Source: Candidatus Bathyarchaeota archaeon (GTDB lineage Archaea > Thermoproteota > Bathyarchaeia > Bathyarchaeales > Bathycorpusculaceae). Taken from it: a stretch of 64,000 nt of DNA. Within the stretch, counting starts at the first letter, position 1. Each line of letters starts with the position of its first letter. Location: contig CAWHDT010000008.1 in assembly GCA_963828195.1 (NCBI GenBank), positions 64,001 to 128,000 of the forward strand. The letters run 5' to 3'. Shown piece by piece: positions 10,632-21,112 of this stretch. Position numbers and translations under genes: made by a program. The notes beneath the pieces were generated by a model. That model searched no databases. It was not told the DNA's origin and was given only the letters and a program-made list of their open reading frames with translations.

Positions 10632-11207
10632 ATGACTGGTTTAGACACTTTTGTAAAGATTCCCAAAGAACGAGTTGCAATATTAATTGGACCCGAAGGC
10701 AAAGTAAAACAGTACATAGAAGAAAAACTTCAAGTTAAGATTGACATTGACAATGAAGGCAGCATCACCATTGTCCTTTCAGAAAAAGCTACTGACCCAT
10801 CCCTGCTTTTAAAAGCCAAAGATGTTGTGACAGCCATCGGCAGAGGCTTCACCCCCGAAGTAGCAGAACGCCTGATACGCAACGAAGAAGAAATCTTTGA
10901 CCTGATAGATCTGCGCGTGATCTTTGGCCGCTCAGAATCAGACATAAAACGCATAAAAGGCAGAATCATCGGCGCCCAGGGCAAAACAAGAAAGCTAATT
11001 GAAGAGTTAAGCGAGGCAGACGTAGTAGTTTATGGCCACACAGTTGGGCTCATCGGCAGTTTTGAACAGGTAGATACCGCCCACAACGCGGTGCAAATGA
11101 TCATTGAAGGCTGCCAACACCACACAGTGTACAATTACCTGCAGAAGAAGCGGACAGAGCAAAAGAAAGAAAAACTTGAGTTGTGGGAGAAGCCTCGAGA
11201 AAAATAA
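10632..11207 (+). CDS. KH-domain RNA-processing protein (Dim2/Pno1 family)
   Basis: LIGPEG, AIGRGF, RIKGRIIG, YGHTV; typical position after rio1. Confidence 0.92.
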   Translation: MTGLDTFVKIPKERVAILIGPEGKVKQYIEEKLQVKIDIDNEGSITIVLSEKATDPSLLLKAKDVVTAIGRGFTPEVAERLIRNEEEIFDLIDLRVIFGRSESDIKRIKGRIIGAQGKTRKLIEELSEADVVVYGHTVGLIGSFEQVDTAHNAVQMIIEGCQHHTVYNYLQKKRTEQKKEKLELWEKPREK

Positions 11208-11290
11208 ATATCCTTTTTCAGTTTTCCCCTGACTTCAAGGTGCGAAAACGTTAACTATCGCGTCAAGTAAACCTTGAACAGTGACCACAC

Positions 11291-11683
11291 TTGTCAGAGA
11301 ACAAAAATGGGATCGTGCAGGTGCCCAGCGCATATTCTTTTGACGAAACATTCGAACGGCTAAAACCCCTTGTCATATCCCACGGGCTTACAATTTTCGC
11401 CACAATAAATTTCAGCGAAGACGCAGAGCGTGCAGGCTTAAAAATGAACCCCACGCGGCTACTCATTTTCGGCAACCCGAAAGCTGGGACCCCGCTGATG
11501 ATTGCTACGCCATCTCTCGCCATCGACTTTCCGCTAAAAGTTTTAGTTTCCGCAGATGAAAACGAAAAAGCATGGTTATCTTATAATTCGCCGCTGTACC
11601 TCAAAGAACGCCACAACATTCCAGATGCCTTATTAAAAAACATCACTGGCATAGTGTCGATTGTAGAATCGGCGGCTAAATAG
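11291..11683 (+). CDS. DUF302 domain protein
   Basis: LLIFGNPKAGTPLM and AIDFPLKVLV motifs. Confidence 0.88.
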   Translation: MSENKNGIVQVPSAYSFDETFERLKPLVISHGLTIFATINFSEDAERAGLKMNPTRLLIFGNPKAGTPLMIATPSLAIDFPLKVLVSADENEKAWLSYNSPLYLKERHNIPDALLKNITGIVSIVESAAK

Positions 11684-11941
11684 CGTACAAAAAAAGTTGC
11701 TCGGACGTTTAGGGCGCTTCTAGGTCTGCTTCTGAAAATCTACCGTAAGACCAAAAGGTTGATGGCTCGCCCGCTTGGACGCGCCATGATTAAGAGTTAA
11801 CACCTGTTTTTCCACGAGAAGGGGTTGGAATGCTTAAACATCTGTAACCCTTAACCGTTTGATATTCAACCAAGTCAGCATAAAAGCTTTTAGTAAAAAA
11901 GCTTAAGCGTTGGATGGGCTCTTAAACGGCAACAACAACAA

Positions 11942-12019
11942 TTAAGCTGCCGTAGCCGTCACGCACTCAAGATCCTCATCATCCACATAGTCTTCGGGGC
12001 CAGAGTCGTCATCGCCCAT
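11942..12019 (-). CDS. Putative 25-aa acidic micro-protein MGDDDSGPEDYVDDEDLECVTATAA
   Basis: Hand-translated ATG..TAA; CTTAAG TATA-like box about 30 nt upstream. Confidence 0.35.
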   Translation of the reverse strand: MGDDDSGPEDYVDDEDLECVTATAA

Positions 12020-12095
12020 CCGAAACAAAAAACAACCTAAAGCCTTCTTAAGGATTGTGACCTATCCGCTGCCTTGCCGTTGCCGCCAAGCTGGG

Positions 12096-12668
12096 TCAAA
12101 GTTTAATGCTGATTTCTAACCCGTCGCCGCCTACCTTCACGTACCTGCTCCGGTATTTTCCCGAGCGCCTAACATAATCCAAATAATCGTTCATTTCATC
12201 AGCGAATACCCCAGCATTATCCGCCACAACAACAGCGCCCCTGCACAGTTTATCTTCCGCCGTTTTCAAGTACAGAAAATACTCGCTTTTTTCAGCGTCA
12301 ATAAAGGCGAAGTCAAAGGGTCCATTCAAAGTGGGAATAACTTCTTTCGCGTCGCCAACAATAATCTTAACTTTAGCGGGAACGCTTGCTCTAACAATGT
12401 TTTCCCCAGCCGCTTCAGCTTCACCACGGTGGATTTCAATCGTCACAATCTCAGCATCTTCATCCAGCTCCTTGCCCATGAGAATCGCCGAGTACCCGAT
12501 TAAAGTGCCGACCTCCAAAACATGCCGCGGCTTAGCCTTGCAAATTTCCTGCCTCAAAATCTCGCCCTTAAAAGGACCCACAATTGGCAGAAACTGCTTT
12601 TCAGATGCCGCTTCAATCTGCTTTAAAATTAGGTCAGCGTTTCTGAAGAGGGGTTTTTCAATTGTCAT
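12096..12668 (-). CDS. SAM-dependent O-methyltransferase (COMT/YrrM-like)
   Basis: VLEVGTLIGYS, FDFAFIDAEK, VVVADN. Confidence 0.88.
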   Translation of the reverse strand: MTIEKPLFRNADLILKQIEAASEKQFLPIVGPFKGEILRQEICKAKPRHVLEVGTLIGYSAILMGKELDEDAEIVTIEIHRGEAEAAGENIVRASVPAKVKIIVGDAKEVIPTLNGPFDFAFIDAEKSEYFLYLKTAEDKLCRGAVVVADNAGVFADEMNDYLDYVRRSGKYRSRYVKVGGDGLEISIKL

Positions 12669-13231
12669 AGTGGAACCTTGATTTTATCTATAAAACGGTG
12701 CTGCAGCTTTGCGATTTTTGGTGCAATCACGGCTTGGCAGTATGGTTCTCTGGGGTGTTTTTTGTAGTAGTCTTTATGGTATGTTTCGGCTGGGTAAAAG
12801 GTTTTGAGGGGTTCAACGGCTGTGACGATGGGTTTGTCCCAGATGCCCTCTTGGGTTAATTCAGCGATTAAGGCTTCAGCCGTAGCTTTCTGTTCTTGGT
12901 TATGGTAGAAAATCGCTGACCTATACTGCGTTCCCACATCTGCGCCTTGGCGATTCAGCGAGGTTGGGTCATGCATCGTGAAGTAAATTTCCAAAATTTC
13001 TTTGTAGCTAATCACTTTTGGGTCAAAAAAGATTTGCGCTGATTCCGCATGACCCGTTTGACCCGAAGAAACTTGCTCGTAAGTGGGGTTAGGCACAGTG
13101 CCGCCCGTGTAACCGGGTTCAATGCGTTCCACCCCTTTTATTATGCTGAAAGCCGCTTCAGTGCACCAGAAGCAGCCGGCGGCGAGGGTTGCAACTTCCA
13201 AATTTTTGTTATCCGAAGGTTGTTGAGTCAT
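12665..13231 (-). CDS. msrA: Peptide-methionine (S)-S-oxide reductase
   Basis: GCFWC, HDPT, RQGADVGTQYRS, AETYHKDY. Confidence 0.96.
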   Translation of the reverse strand: MTQQPSDNKNLEVATLAAGCFWCTEAAFSIIKGVERIEPGYTGGTVPNPTYEQVSSGQTGHAESAQIFFDPKVISYKEILEIYFTMHDPTSLNRQGADVGTQYRSAIFYHNQEQKATAEALIAELTQEGIWDKPIVTAVEPLKTFYPAETYHKDYYKKHPREPYCQAVIAPKIAKLQHRFIDKIKVPL

Positions 13232-13364
13232 GTTTTTTTCTTCCTCGAAAAATGGGCTAATGCCTCTAGCATATGCGGGGCGGCTTTGAACTTAACGGTT
13301 TGTGGCTGTCATGGCACAATAACTAGGCAAAATTTTTTTCTTATTTCTGATCTGATCGACCCGT

Positions 13365-13805
13365 TTAAGAGAATGCTCCAGCTGCGTTAGGTGCGTTCTC
13401 AGGCACCATTTGGGTGATATCCCAGTACTCGACTATTTTGTCGCCGCTGAAACGGAAAAGATGGATCTGCCTTAACCCGCCTTGGCTTGGCTTGGAACCT
13501 GAGATTTGCGTATGCACAGCCACCAGGTCGCCGTCTGCAAGAACCTGCCTGATAACGAGTTTAAAGGCAGCTTTTGACCCCTCTAAAATTCCATCGGAAC
13601 CTTGTTTTTGCACCGCAATCATCGCATCAGTCAAAGCGTCCATGCCGCCGGCGGTGTAGGGATTATGGGTCTTACAATCAGGAGCAAAAAAACGCAGCCC
13701 CTCTTTCGGTTTTCCCGCGCCGACTAAACGCAGAAATTCAACGGCAATATCCTTACGAGCTTTATCATCATCATCCTTCGTTTCCTCAAAACCAGTTAAA
13801 CTCAT
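13365..13805 (-). CDS. SnoaL/NTF2-like protein
   Basis: HNP, ADGDLVAVH, LFRFSGDKIVEYWD. Confidence 0.82.
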   Translation of the reverse strand: MSLTGFEETKDDDDKARKDIAVEFLRLVGAGKPKEGLRFFAPDCKTHNPYTAGGMDALTDAMIAVQKQGSDGILEGSKAAFKLVIRQVLADGDLVAVHTQISGSKPSQGGLRQIHLFRFSGDKIVEYWDITQMVPENAPNAAGAFS

Positions 13806-13985
13806 TTTTTCGCCTAAAAAACCTAGGAAATAAAGAAATTTAAAGGTGTTGGCTGCTTAAACCGCTGAATTTAAGTTTGTCTTATTCAAATCTGAAAAAG
13901 CATCTTCTTTTAGTTTATTTTAGATAGCCATAAATATGCTCACTTCCAAGTATTGATAATCAGATTTCTCGTTGAGGACGTACTT

Positions 13986-15002
13986 ATGGCTCTGTTGAAA
14001 AAACGAAATTTTGTGATTTTAGCAGCCGCCATCTTGGTAGTTGCCATTGTTCTAAGTTCATTTATTTACCTAAATTTCCAAAGGCCCTATTCAGGAAGTG
14101 TCGAATCTATTAGCATTGGAACGATTCCGCTTGAAACCAACTCGTTAATTTACGTAGCTAATAATGAGCATTATTTTGCCGACAACGGTCTATCCGTAAC
14201 TTTCACGAACTATGGCTCAGGGTTCGATGCTATGCAAGGGATGCTAAATGGCGAAGTGAACATTGCAGTCGCATCCGAGTTCGTTGTTGCTGAAGCGGCA
14301 GTCGCGAATCAGGGTTTTTACGTTTTTGGAAGCGTCTCCAAATTCAATATCTACGATATGGTTGCCCGAACGGACAAAGGCATTACTAATATTTCAGATT
14401 TAACCGGTAAAACGATAGGAGCTGCGTTTGGAACTATTGGACAATACTATTTGGGCAGTTTTCTTGAATTAAACAACATAAACCCAAACGACGTAACTAT
14501 CGTTAATGTGCCAAATGCGCAATCGGCAAGTGCTTTGGCAAACGGCACTGTAGACGCAATTGTAACTTATCAGCCTGAAATTAGCCAAATTGGAAGCCTC
14601 CTGGGTAACAATACTGTAATGTGGCCAGCCCAAGCTGACCAATTAGGCTACTTCGACGCAGCCTGTTCAACAAGTTTTGCGGCAAACCATTCAGACTCGA
14701 TTGTGAAGTTTTTGAAGGCGATGGTTCAAGCTGAGAACTTTGTCGCAAATCATAAGGATCAGGCTATGACTATCGTGGCAAATACGCTAAACTATACCGG
14801 CACATACATGGCATCTGTCTGGCCAAACTATCAATTTTCAGTTACTCTTGATCAATCGCAAATTTTAGCTCTGCAAGAAGAAGCCCAATGGCTAATAAGT
14901 AATAATTTGACCAACGCGACCGCGGTTCCGAACTTCCAAAATTTCGTGTACCTCAACGGTCTTGAGTCAATAAACCCGAACGCAGTAAACATTATAAGCT
15001 AA
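13986..15002 (+). CDS. Membrane-anchored solute-binding protein (SsuA/NMT1-like)
   Basis: N-terminal TM helix; YFADNGL, DLTGKTIG, ALANGTVDA. Confidence 0.82.
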   Translation: MALLKKRNFVILAAAILVVAIVLSSFIYLNFQRPYSGSVESISIGTIPLETNSLIYVANNEHYFADNGLSVTFTNYGSGFDAMQGMLNGEVNIAVASEFVVAEAAVANQGFYVFGSVSKFNIYDMVARTDKGITNISDLTGKTIGAAFGTIGQYYLGSFLELNNINPNDVTIVNVPNAQSASALANGTVDAIVTYQPEISQIGSLLGNNTVMWPAQADQLGYFDAACSTSFAANHSDSIVKFLKAMVQAENFVANHKDQAMTIVANTLNYTGTYMASVWPNYQFSVTLDQSQILALQEEAQWLISNNLTNATAVPNFQNFVYLNGLESINPNAVNIIS

Positions 15003-15015
15003 GGAAAAAAAGAAA

Positions 15016-17288
15016 ATGAAGTTAAAAAGCCAAATAATCGTCAGCATCATCGTCTTCAGCATAGTTTTGCTGTTCATCGCCGCGTCAGTTTTAATTACGA
15101 ATCAGCAGGAAACGCAGATTAGTAAACAGGAGCAAATGGCAAGTGACGTCAACACGGGCGCAAGCAGTCTTACGTATGTTTCGAATGATTATTTTCTTTA
15201 TCAGCAAAGTTCTGAGTTGGCTTCGTGGCAAAACCAGTTTTCTTCTCTTTCGGCTGAAATTTCGAAACTAACCTCAAGCAGCTCAACTCAAACGGTTCTA
15301 ATCAGTAACGTTCAAGGGGATATGCAGCGTTTAAACGCGGTGTTCAATAGTTCCGTCTCGATTCTTCAGAGCATTCCATCTAATGCTAGTGCATCAGGTT
15401 ACCCTGCGTTTCAGACTGCTTCAAGCAGATTGAATGTGCAAGAACAAGAGCTGGCTTTTGATGCTTCTGTTTTGTCCAAGTCTTTAGCAAGTCAAGATAA
15501 CCAAGTCAAGCAAACCACCGATATTCTCATTTTTGCCCTGTTAGGTGCGTTCGGAGTGTACTTTGTGATGATTTATTATCTTGTCTTCAGACGCACATTT
15601 AGGTCAATAACAAAACTTCAAGCTGGAACAAAAATAGTCGGTTCAGGCAACCTTGACTATTCAATTGCCGCTCAAAGTAATGATGAAATTGGCGAATTAT
15701 CCAAAGACTTCAACCAGATGACAACAAACTTGAAAACTGTAACGGCGTCTAAATCTGACTTAGAAAAAGCGCAAACTTCCCTGCGTGAGAGTGAGCAGCG
15801 GTGGGCAACTACTTTGGCAAGCATCGGCGACGCCGTCATAGCAACCGATACTTCCGGCAATATTACTTTCATGAATGGAGAAGCTGAAGAACTAACTGGT
15901 TGGGCGCTGAGCGATGTTGCAGAGAAGCCTGTGAAGACGGCATTCAACATTGTTAACGAGCAGACTCGTTTGGAAGTTGAAAACCCCATAGAAAGAGTTC
16001 TCAAAGAAGGCATGGTCGTTGGCTTGGCAAACCACACAGTCCTGATTCAAAAAGACGGCTCGGAAGTGCCCATAGATGACAGTGGAGCACCGATAAAAGA
16101 CAAAGACGGCAAAACCACAGGCGTCGTGCTAATATTCAGAGACATCACTGAACGCAAAAAAGCAGAGGAAGCTACAACAAAGCGGGCTGAGCTTATCGAC
16201 CTAAGTCCTGATGCAATAATCGTGCAACAGCCGGATGGCACTATTACTTTCTGGAGTAAAGGAGCAGAGAACCTTTACGGCTGGACAAAAAACGAAGTTA
16301 CCGGGTTAGATATTCACACCCTGTTAAAGACCAAATTCCCTCAGCCACTATACGAGATTTTAAACAAGCTTAAAGAGGATGGAAAATGGTCGGGCGAAAT
16401 CACCCATATATGCAAAGACGGAAATAAGTTGGTTATGCAGAGTTTTTGGTTGGCGAAGCTTAGTGCAGACGGCAAAATTGTTGAGATTTTAGATCAAATG
16501 TAGATATTACAGAACGGATACAGATGCAGTCTCAGCTTGAGGAGTCTGCTGTTCGGGTTGAAGAGTACGCCAATCAGATGGAGGAGCTCGCCAACAAGAG
16601 AGCCGCTCAGTTGAAGGATGCTGAGCGTTTAGCAGCTATTGGCGCTACGGCAGGCATGGTTGGGCACGACATCCGCAATCCACTTCAGGCGATAACAGGC
16701 GACATTTATTTGGCTAAATCGGAGTTAGATGGCTTGCCTGACAGTGAAGAAAAGAAAGCAATTCTCGAAAGCTTGATTGAAACTGAAAAGAACATTGATT
16801 ACATCAACAAGATTGTGCAGGACCTTCAAGATTACGCCAGACCCCTGAACCCAAAGATAGAAGAAAGCGACTTGAAGCTGATCGCTGAGAGCTTGATTAC
16901 AAAGAGCAACTTACCGAAGAACATTGAGGCTAAGGTAAAAGTGCCAGATGAAGCCAGAAAAATAAATGCTGACTCTTATTACTTAAACCGAATTTTATAC
17001 AATCTGGTTACGAATTCCGTTCAAGCTATGCCGCAGGGAGGAAAATTAACGATAGAGGCGCATAAAGACGGAAAAGACACAGTCATAAAAGTCGCCGATA
17101 CTGGCGTTGGTATTCCCAAAAACATCTATGACAAGATGTTTACACTTATGTTCACCACAAAATCGAAGGGGCAAGGGTTTGGCTTGCCAGTTGTTAAACG
17201 CATGGCTGAATCGTTAGGCGGAACCGTCTCGTTTGAGAGTCAAGAAGGCAAAGGAACCACTTTCACAGTACGTTTGCCGTCAAAATAA
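15016..17288 (+). pseudogene. TM-HAMP-PAS-PAS-HisKA-HATPase sensor kinase split by a single-base deletion near 16492
   Basis: HAMP (NDEIGEL), two PAS domains, H-box VGHDIRNPL, N box, DTGVG and GQGFGL; adding one A restores ILESNVDITERIQMQ. May be a sequencing error. Confidence 0.85.
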
Positions 17289-17370
17289 ACATTAATCTTG
17301 AATTTTCCGTCACAAAACTGCTAAAGTATTATATTGCCGCGACATTAGCCACTAGCAAGGATTTCTCAGT

Positions 17371-18387
17371 GTGACCACACCGATGGAAAAAGAAAAAGCG
17401 AATAACTCGTTAAGCAGGATTAAGGTTACGCCGTTGGCGGCGGAAAGCTTCGGCGTCCGCAGCATGTGCACCTTAGTCCAGACACCCGATGTGACGGTGC
17501 TTTTGGATGCGGGAGTTTCGCTTTGCCCGTACCGCTTCAGCCTGCCGCCGCACCCCATCGAGTTCCAAGCAATCGCCAAGCTGCGCCAAAAAATCGCGCA
17601 AGCTGCAGATAAAGCCGAGGTTGTAACGATTAGCCACTACCATTTTGACCATCACACGCCGTCCTACGAGGATTGGGTCGTCAACTGGACAGAAGCAAAT
17701 GAAACCGCACGGCAAATTTACCGGGACAAAACCGTCCTCGCCAAGAACCCGAAGGAAAAAATCAACGCCAGCCAGAGACAACGCGCCTGGATGTTCCAAA
17801 AAACCGGGGGCAAATACGCCAAAAAACTGGAGTCGGCTGACGGAAAAACCTATAGTTACGGGGAGACGACGCTGCGTTTTTCTGAAGCTGTCGCGCATGG
17901 CTCTGAAAATTCGATGTTGGGCTGGGTGACCATGGCGGCTGTGGAGTACGAGGGCGAGCGGTTCATGTTTGCACCTGACGTTCAGGGACCAATGTCAAGT
18001 TACACGCTTGAGCTAATTTTGAAAGAGGCACCGAGTGCGATTATGTTGGGGGGACCGCCGTTTTATCTGGGAGGCTTCCGAGTTGAGGCGGCTCAGCTGG
18101 AGCATGGGCTGCGTAACCTGGAGCGAATTGTTCAGGCGGTGCCCTTGGTTGTTCTGGAGCATCATGCGCTGAGGGATGAATCGTGGAAGCAGAAAACGGC
18201 TGAGGTTTACCAGCAGGCATCCGCCTCCGGGCACAGTGTGGTGACGGCTGCAGAATACTTGGGCGTCGAGAACGTGTTCTTGGAATCCAGGCGTAAGCAG
18301 CTTTACCGTGACGCTCCGCCTTCCCAAGAGTTTAACCAATGGATTAAGACACTAAAGAACAAAAAAATCGCCAAACCCCCATTGTAA
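17371..18387 (+). CDS. Metallo-beta-lactamase-fold hydrolase (UPF0282-like)
   Basis: AAESFGVRSM, ISHYHFDHH, DVQGP, EHHALRD. Confidence 0.85.
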   Translation: MTTPMEKEKANNSLSRIKVTPLAAESFGVRSMCTLVQTPDVTVLLDAGVSLCPYRFSLPPHPIEFQAIAKLRQKIAQAADKAEVVTISHYHFDHHTPSYEDWVVNWTEANETARQIYRDKTVLAKNPKEKINASQRQRAWMFQKTGGKYAKKLESADGKTYSYGETTLRFSEAVAHGSENSMLGWVTMAAVEYEGERFMFAPDVQGPMSSYTLELILKEAPSAIMLGGPPFYLGGFRVEAAQLEHGLRNLERIVQAVPLVVLEHHALRDESWKQKTAEVYQQASASGHSVVTAAEYLGVENVFLESRRKQLYRDAPPSQEFNQWIKTLKNKKIAKPPL

Positions 18388-18389
18388 AA

Positions 18390-18693
18390 TATCTGGATGG
18401 AAAATCCAGTCATTGACCGCCTCTTCCGACGCGGTAAAAAACCCTCATTAAGCAAAGCCTTCTCCAAAGCCCGCACCAAATCCCAAGGCGCATCACGCAG
18501 ATCCTTTTTCTGTCAAGTCTGGGTAGCCGGGCTTCATCATCTTCAGAAGCGCCTGCAGTTCGAATTCGCGCTGGTCATCCTTGAAAAATTTGGCCAAATC
18601 GCTCAGCTCGTTATGGGTAAGCAATACGAATTTGTCCCAGCCAGCGCCAGGCACATTAGCCCCCTGCGGAACCTTACTACTTTTCAGCTTCAT
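18390..18693 (-). pseudogene. Degraded gene fragment, possibly a viral tail-assembly chaperone
   Basis: Removing one A at 18505-18509 extends the ORF to LTEKDLRDAPWDLVRALEKALLNEGFL; in-frame G GGT TTT heptamer at 18438-18444. Confidence 0.4.
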
Positions 18694-18733
18694 TGCAAAG
18701 TTTTGCAGCTTCCAAAATAATATAGATCACGAA

Positions 18734-19870
18734 TTAATAACCCGATATCCGCTTCTTTGCAATGATAACCGCAGACAAGCCTGTGATCATAAAGATAACT
18801 AACGTAATTATTAGCAATTGGGCTGGAAATTCCGGAATTGTAGGAGATGGGGAAGCCGTTGTCGCCGTGCTTATTACCGAGACCGAATTACTGCCAAAAT
18901 TTGTGACATAGGCGTATTCTCCGTTGGGCGTTATAGCCACACCAGTAGGCTCGTTTCCAACGGTTACATTCGCCGTAACCGTATTCGCAACCGTGCTAAT
19001 CACCGAGACTGTCTTGCTCGCATAATTTGCAACGTAGGCATATGCACCGTTTGGCGTTACAGCCACTCCAACAGGAATGCTTCCAACGGTTACGTTCTCC
19101 GCAACCGTATTCGTAGCCGTGCTTATCACCGAAACCGACTTGCTACCGCTATTTGTAACGTAGGCGTATTCTCCGTTGGGCGTTATAGCCACACCGGCAG
19201 GATAGCCTCCAACAGGTACCGTCGCGGTCACCGTATTCGTAGCCGTGCTAATTACCGAGACCGAATTGCTGCCAAGATTTGCAACGTAGGCGTATGCGCC
19301 GTTGGGCGTTATAGCCACACCGCCAGGCTCGTCTTCAACGGTTACCGTCGCGGTCACCGTATTCGTAGCCGTGTTAATAACCGAAACCGACTTGCTACCG
19401 TAATTTGTGACATAGGCATATGCATCGTTGGGCGTTATAGCCACACCAACAGGCTCGTTTCCAACGGTTACCGTCGCGCTCACCGTATTCGTCGATATGT
19501 CTATCACCGAGACCGTAGTGCCGCCGCTGTTTGTTACGTAGGCGTATGCGCCGTTGGGCGTTAAAGCCAAGTCCGCCGACAAAACTGTGCAGAGACTACC
19601 GGTAGGCTTGCTTCCAACGGTTACATTCGTCGTAACCGTATTTGTAGCCGTGCTAATCACCGAGGCTGTGTTGTTCTCGTAATTTGCAACGTAAACGTAT
19701 GCACCATTGGACGTTACAGCCACACCGCCAGGCTCGCTTCCAACGGTTACCGTCGCCGCGATCGTATTCGCAGCTTGAACTGGCTGAGGCAACACTGCGA
19801 AAGCACAGAACAAGAAGATAGCGAGAAGGATACAGCCAACTCTCAAAGTCTTTGCTGTCACATGCTTCAT
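18734..19870 (-). CDS. YncE/YVTN beta-propeller surface protein with PEF-CTERM-like tail
   Basis: Signal peptide; about 7 repeats of PxGVAITPNGxYAYVxNxGSxSVSVIST; IPEFP, TM helix and KKR. Confidence 0.9.
   Translation of the reverse strand: MKHVTAKTLRVGCILLAIFLFCAFAVLPQPVQAANTIAATVTVGSEPGGVAVTSNGAYVYVANYENNTASVISTATNTVTTNVTVGSKPTGSLCTVLSADLALTPNGAYAYVTNSGGTTVSVIDISTNTVSATVTVGNEPVGVAITPNDAYAYVTNYGSKSVSVINTATNTVTATVTVEDEPGGVAITPNGAYAYVANLGSNSVSVISTATNTVTATVPVGGYPAGVAITPNGEYAYVTNSGSKSVSVISTATNTVAENVTVGSIPVGVAVTPNGAYAYVANYASKTVSVISTVANTVTANVTVGNEPTGVAITPNGEYAYVTNFGSNSVSVISTATTASPSPTIPEFPAQLLIITLVIFMITGLSAVIIAKKRISGY
18860..19760 (-). repeat. Coding tandem repeats of about 126 nt (42 aa YVTN units)
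   Basis: Recurrent CCGTTGGGCGTTATAGCCACACC and GGTTACCGTCGC at about 126-nt spacing. Confidence 0.85.
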
Positions 19871-20596
19871 TCTTTCGCCTCACCATTCAAACTGTTGACT
19901 GAGGGAAAAACGGTTTTGCCTGCAGGTAGAACGAGGCGTTCCTTTCTCAATGCGTTTATGATATTTAGTATAAAAATTCTCCAAAAAAAGTATTGGGAAA
20001 GCTGGAATAAAAAGCTTTTTCTGGTTCACAATTACGAAGCTTTTTACTGGAAAATAGCAGTTGCGCGGAACTAGAGCGGCATACTTGCACACAGTTTGTT
20101 CGGGTTAGTGTCTGCCTAAACGAACATTTTCATTTCCCAATTGAGGACCGCATTTTTTGTCAGCCATGTTTAAACTACGCAAAACGGAGCAAGAACATTC
20201 ATTTTCTCCATAATAGACTTTTATTCAATCAATACAAATTGCTAAACAAGAAAATGTCAATCCAAATATTTTTTGCAACGCACTGGCGCTTATCCCAAAG
20301 TCTTGAGTTCACAGAAAAAAGTTATTTATCCAAGCCAAGTTGCTGCCAGTCGCGTCGTGCACTAGCATGAACCTGTAGTAACAGATTGCGCTTCACCGCT
20401 AATATCGTTCGAAACCTTCAGCATCAAATTTTTCTTCACTCATAAAATCACCTCATTACCTTAAAATGATGCAGTATTGGAATTTGAATCCTTGACCGCC
20501 GACTTGGTTGGTGGCCCGCACCATCAAAAAACATGGCGGGGTGTCATCCATACACTTATAAATAAATAGAAATAAACTAGAAATCAAGGTTTTTGA

Positions 20597-20921
20597 ATGA
20601 GTGAAAAACAATTAAGTGCAAATAGCAACCAAGGGATTTTGAATCATTTGAGGAAAGCACTTTTACTTCATGCGGTCTTTTTGGATGTTTTGGGAATAAT
20701 CTTAGTTCTCGTTGGATCATTGTATACGCATTATCACGGAGGTTCAATCGCTGGTGGAGATTGTATTTTGGGTAGGTATTATCATGCTAATTGTGGCTCT
20801 GATAATATTTGTGTGGAGTAGTATGAGAAAATCGAACATGCCGAAGGCTAATTCTTATTGCTGCGGGCAATGCACGTTTAAGTGCGCGCTTTTTTTAAAT
20901 AGCATTGAAAACGTATCGTAG
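20597..20921 (+). pseudogene. Small two-TM membrane protein with an apparent +1 frameshift near 20756
   Basis: TM1 (VFLDVLGIILVLVG) in the 20597 frame and TM2 (EIVFWVGIIMLIVALIIFVW) in the 20712 frame; TTATAAATA and AAGGT upstream. Confidence 0.5.
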
Positions 20922-21112
20922 CAAACATAACTTCGTATAAATGTGGAAAAAATAGAAACTTTCAACAAACTTATGTTTATTCATGCATGCAAATTGCACC
21001 TGCACTTTTTTCTGCAAAGTTTTTTAAGCAAGTTGAGTTTAAACGGCTCTCTATTGGGCAGGAATATTTAGTCTTCTTGCTCAATAAAAAAATAAACTTG
21101 AGGAAAAGAAAA

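Noticed and set aside
16501-16503. Pyrrolysine read-through of the kinase TAG
   Set aside because: The downstream ORF is in another frame; a single-base deletion explains the split
18860-19760. CRISPR-like periodic repeats
   Set aside because: In-frame 126-nt coding repeats with no unique spacers and no cas genes
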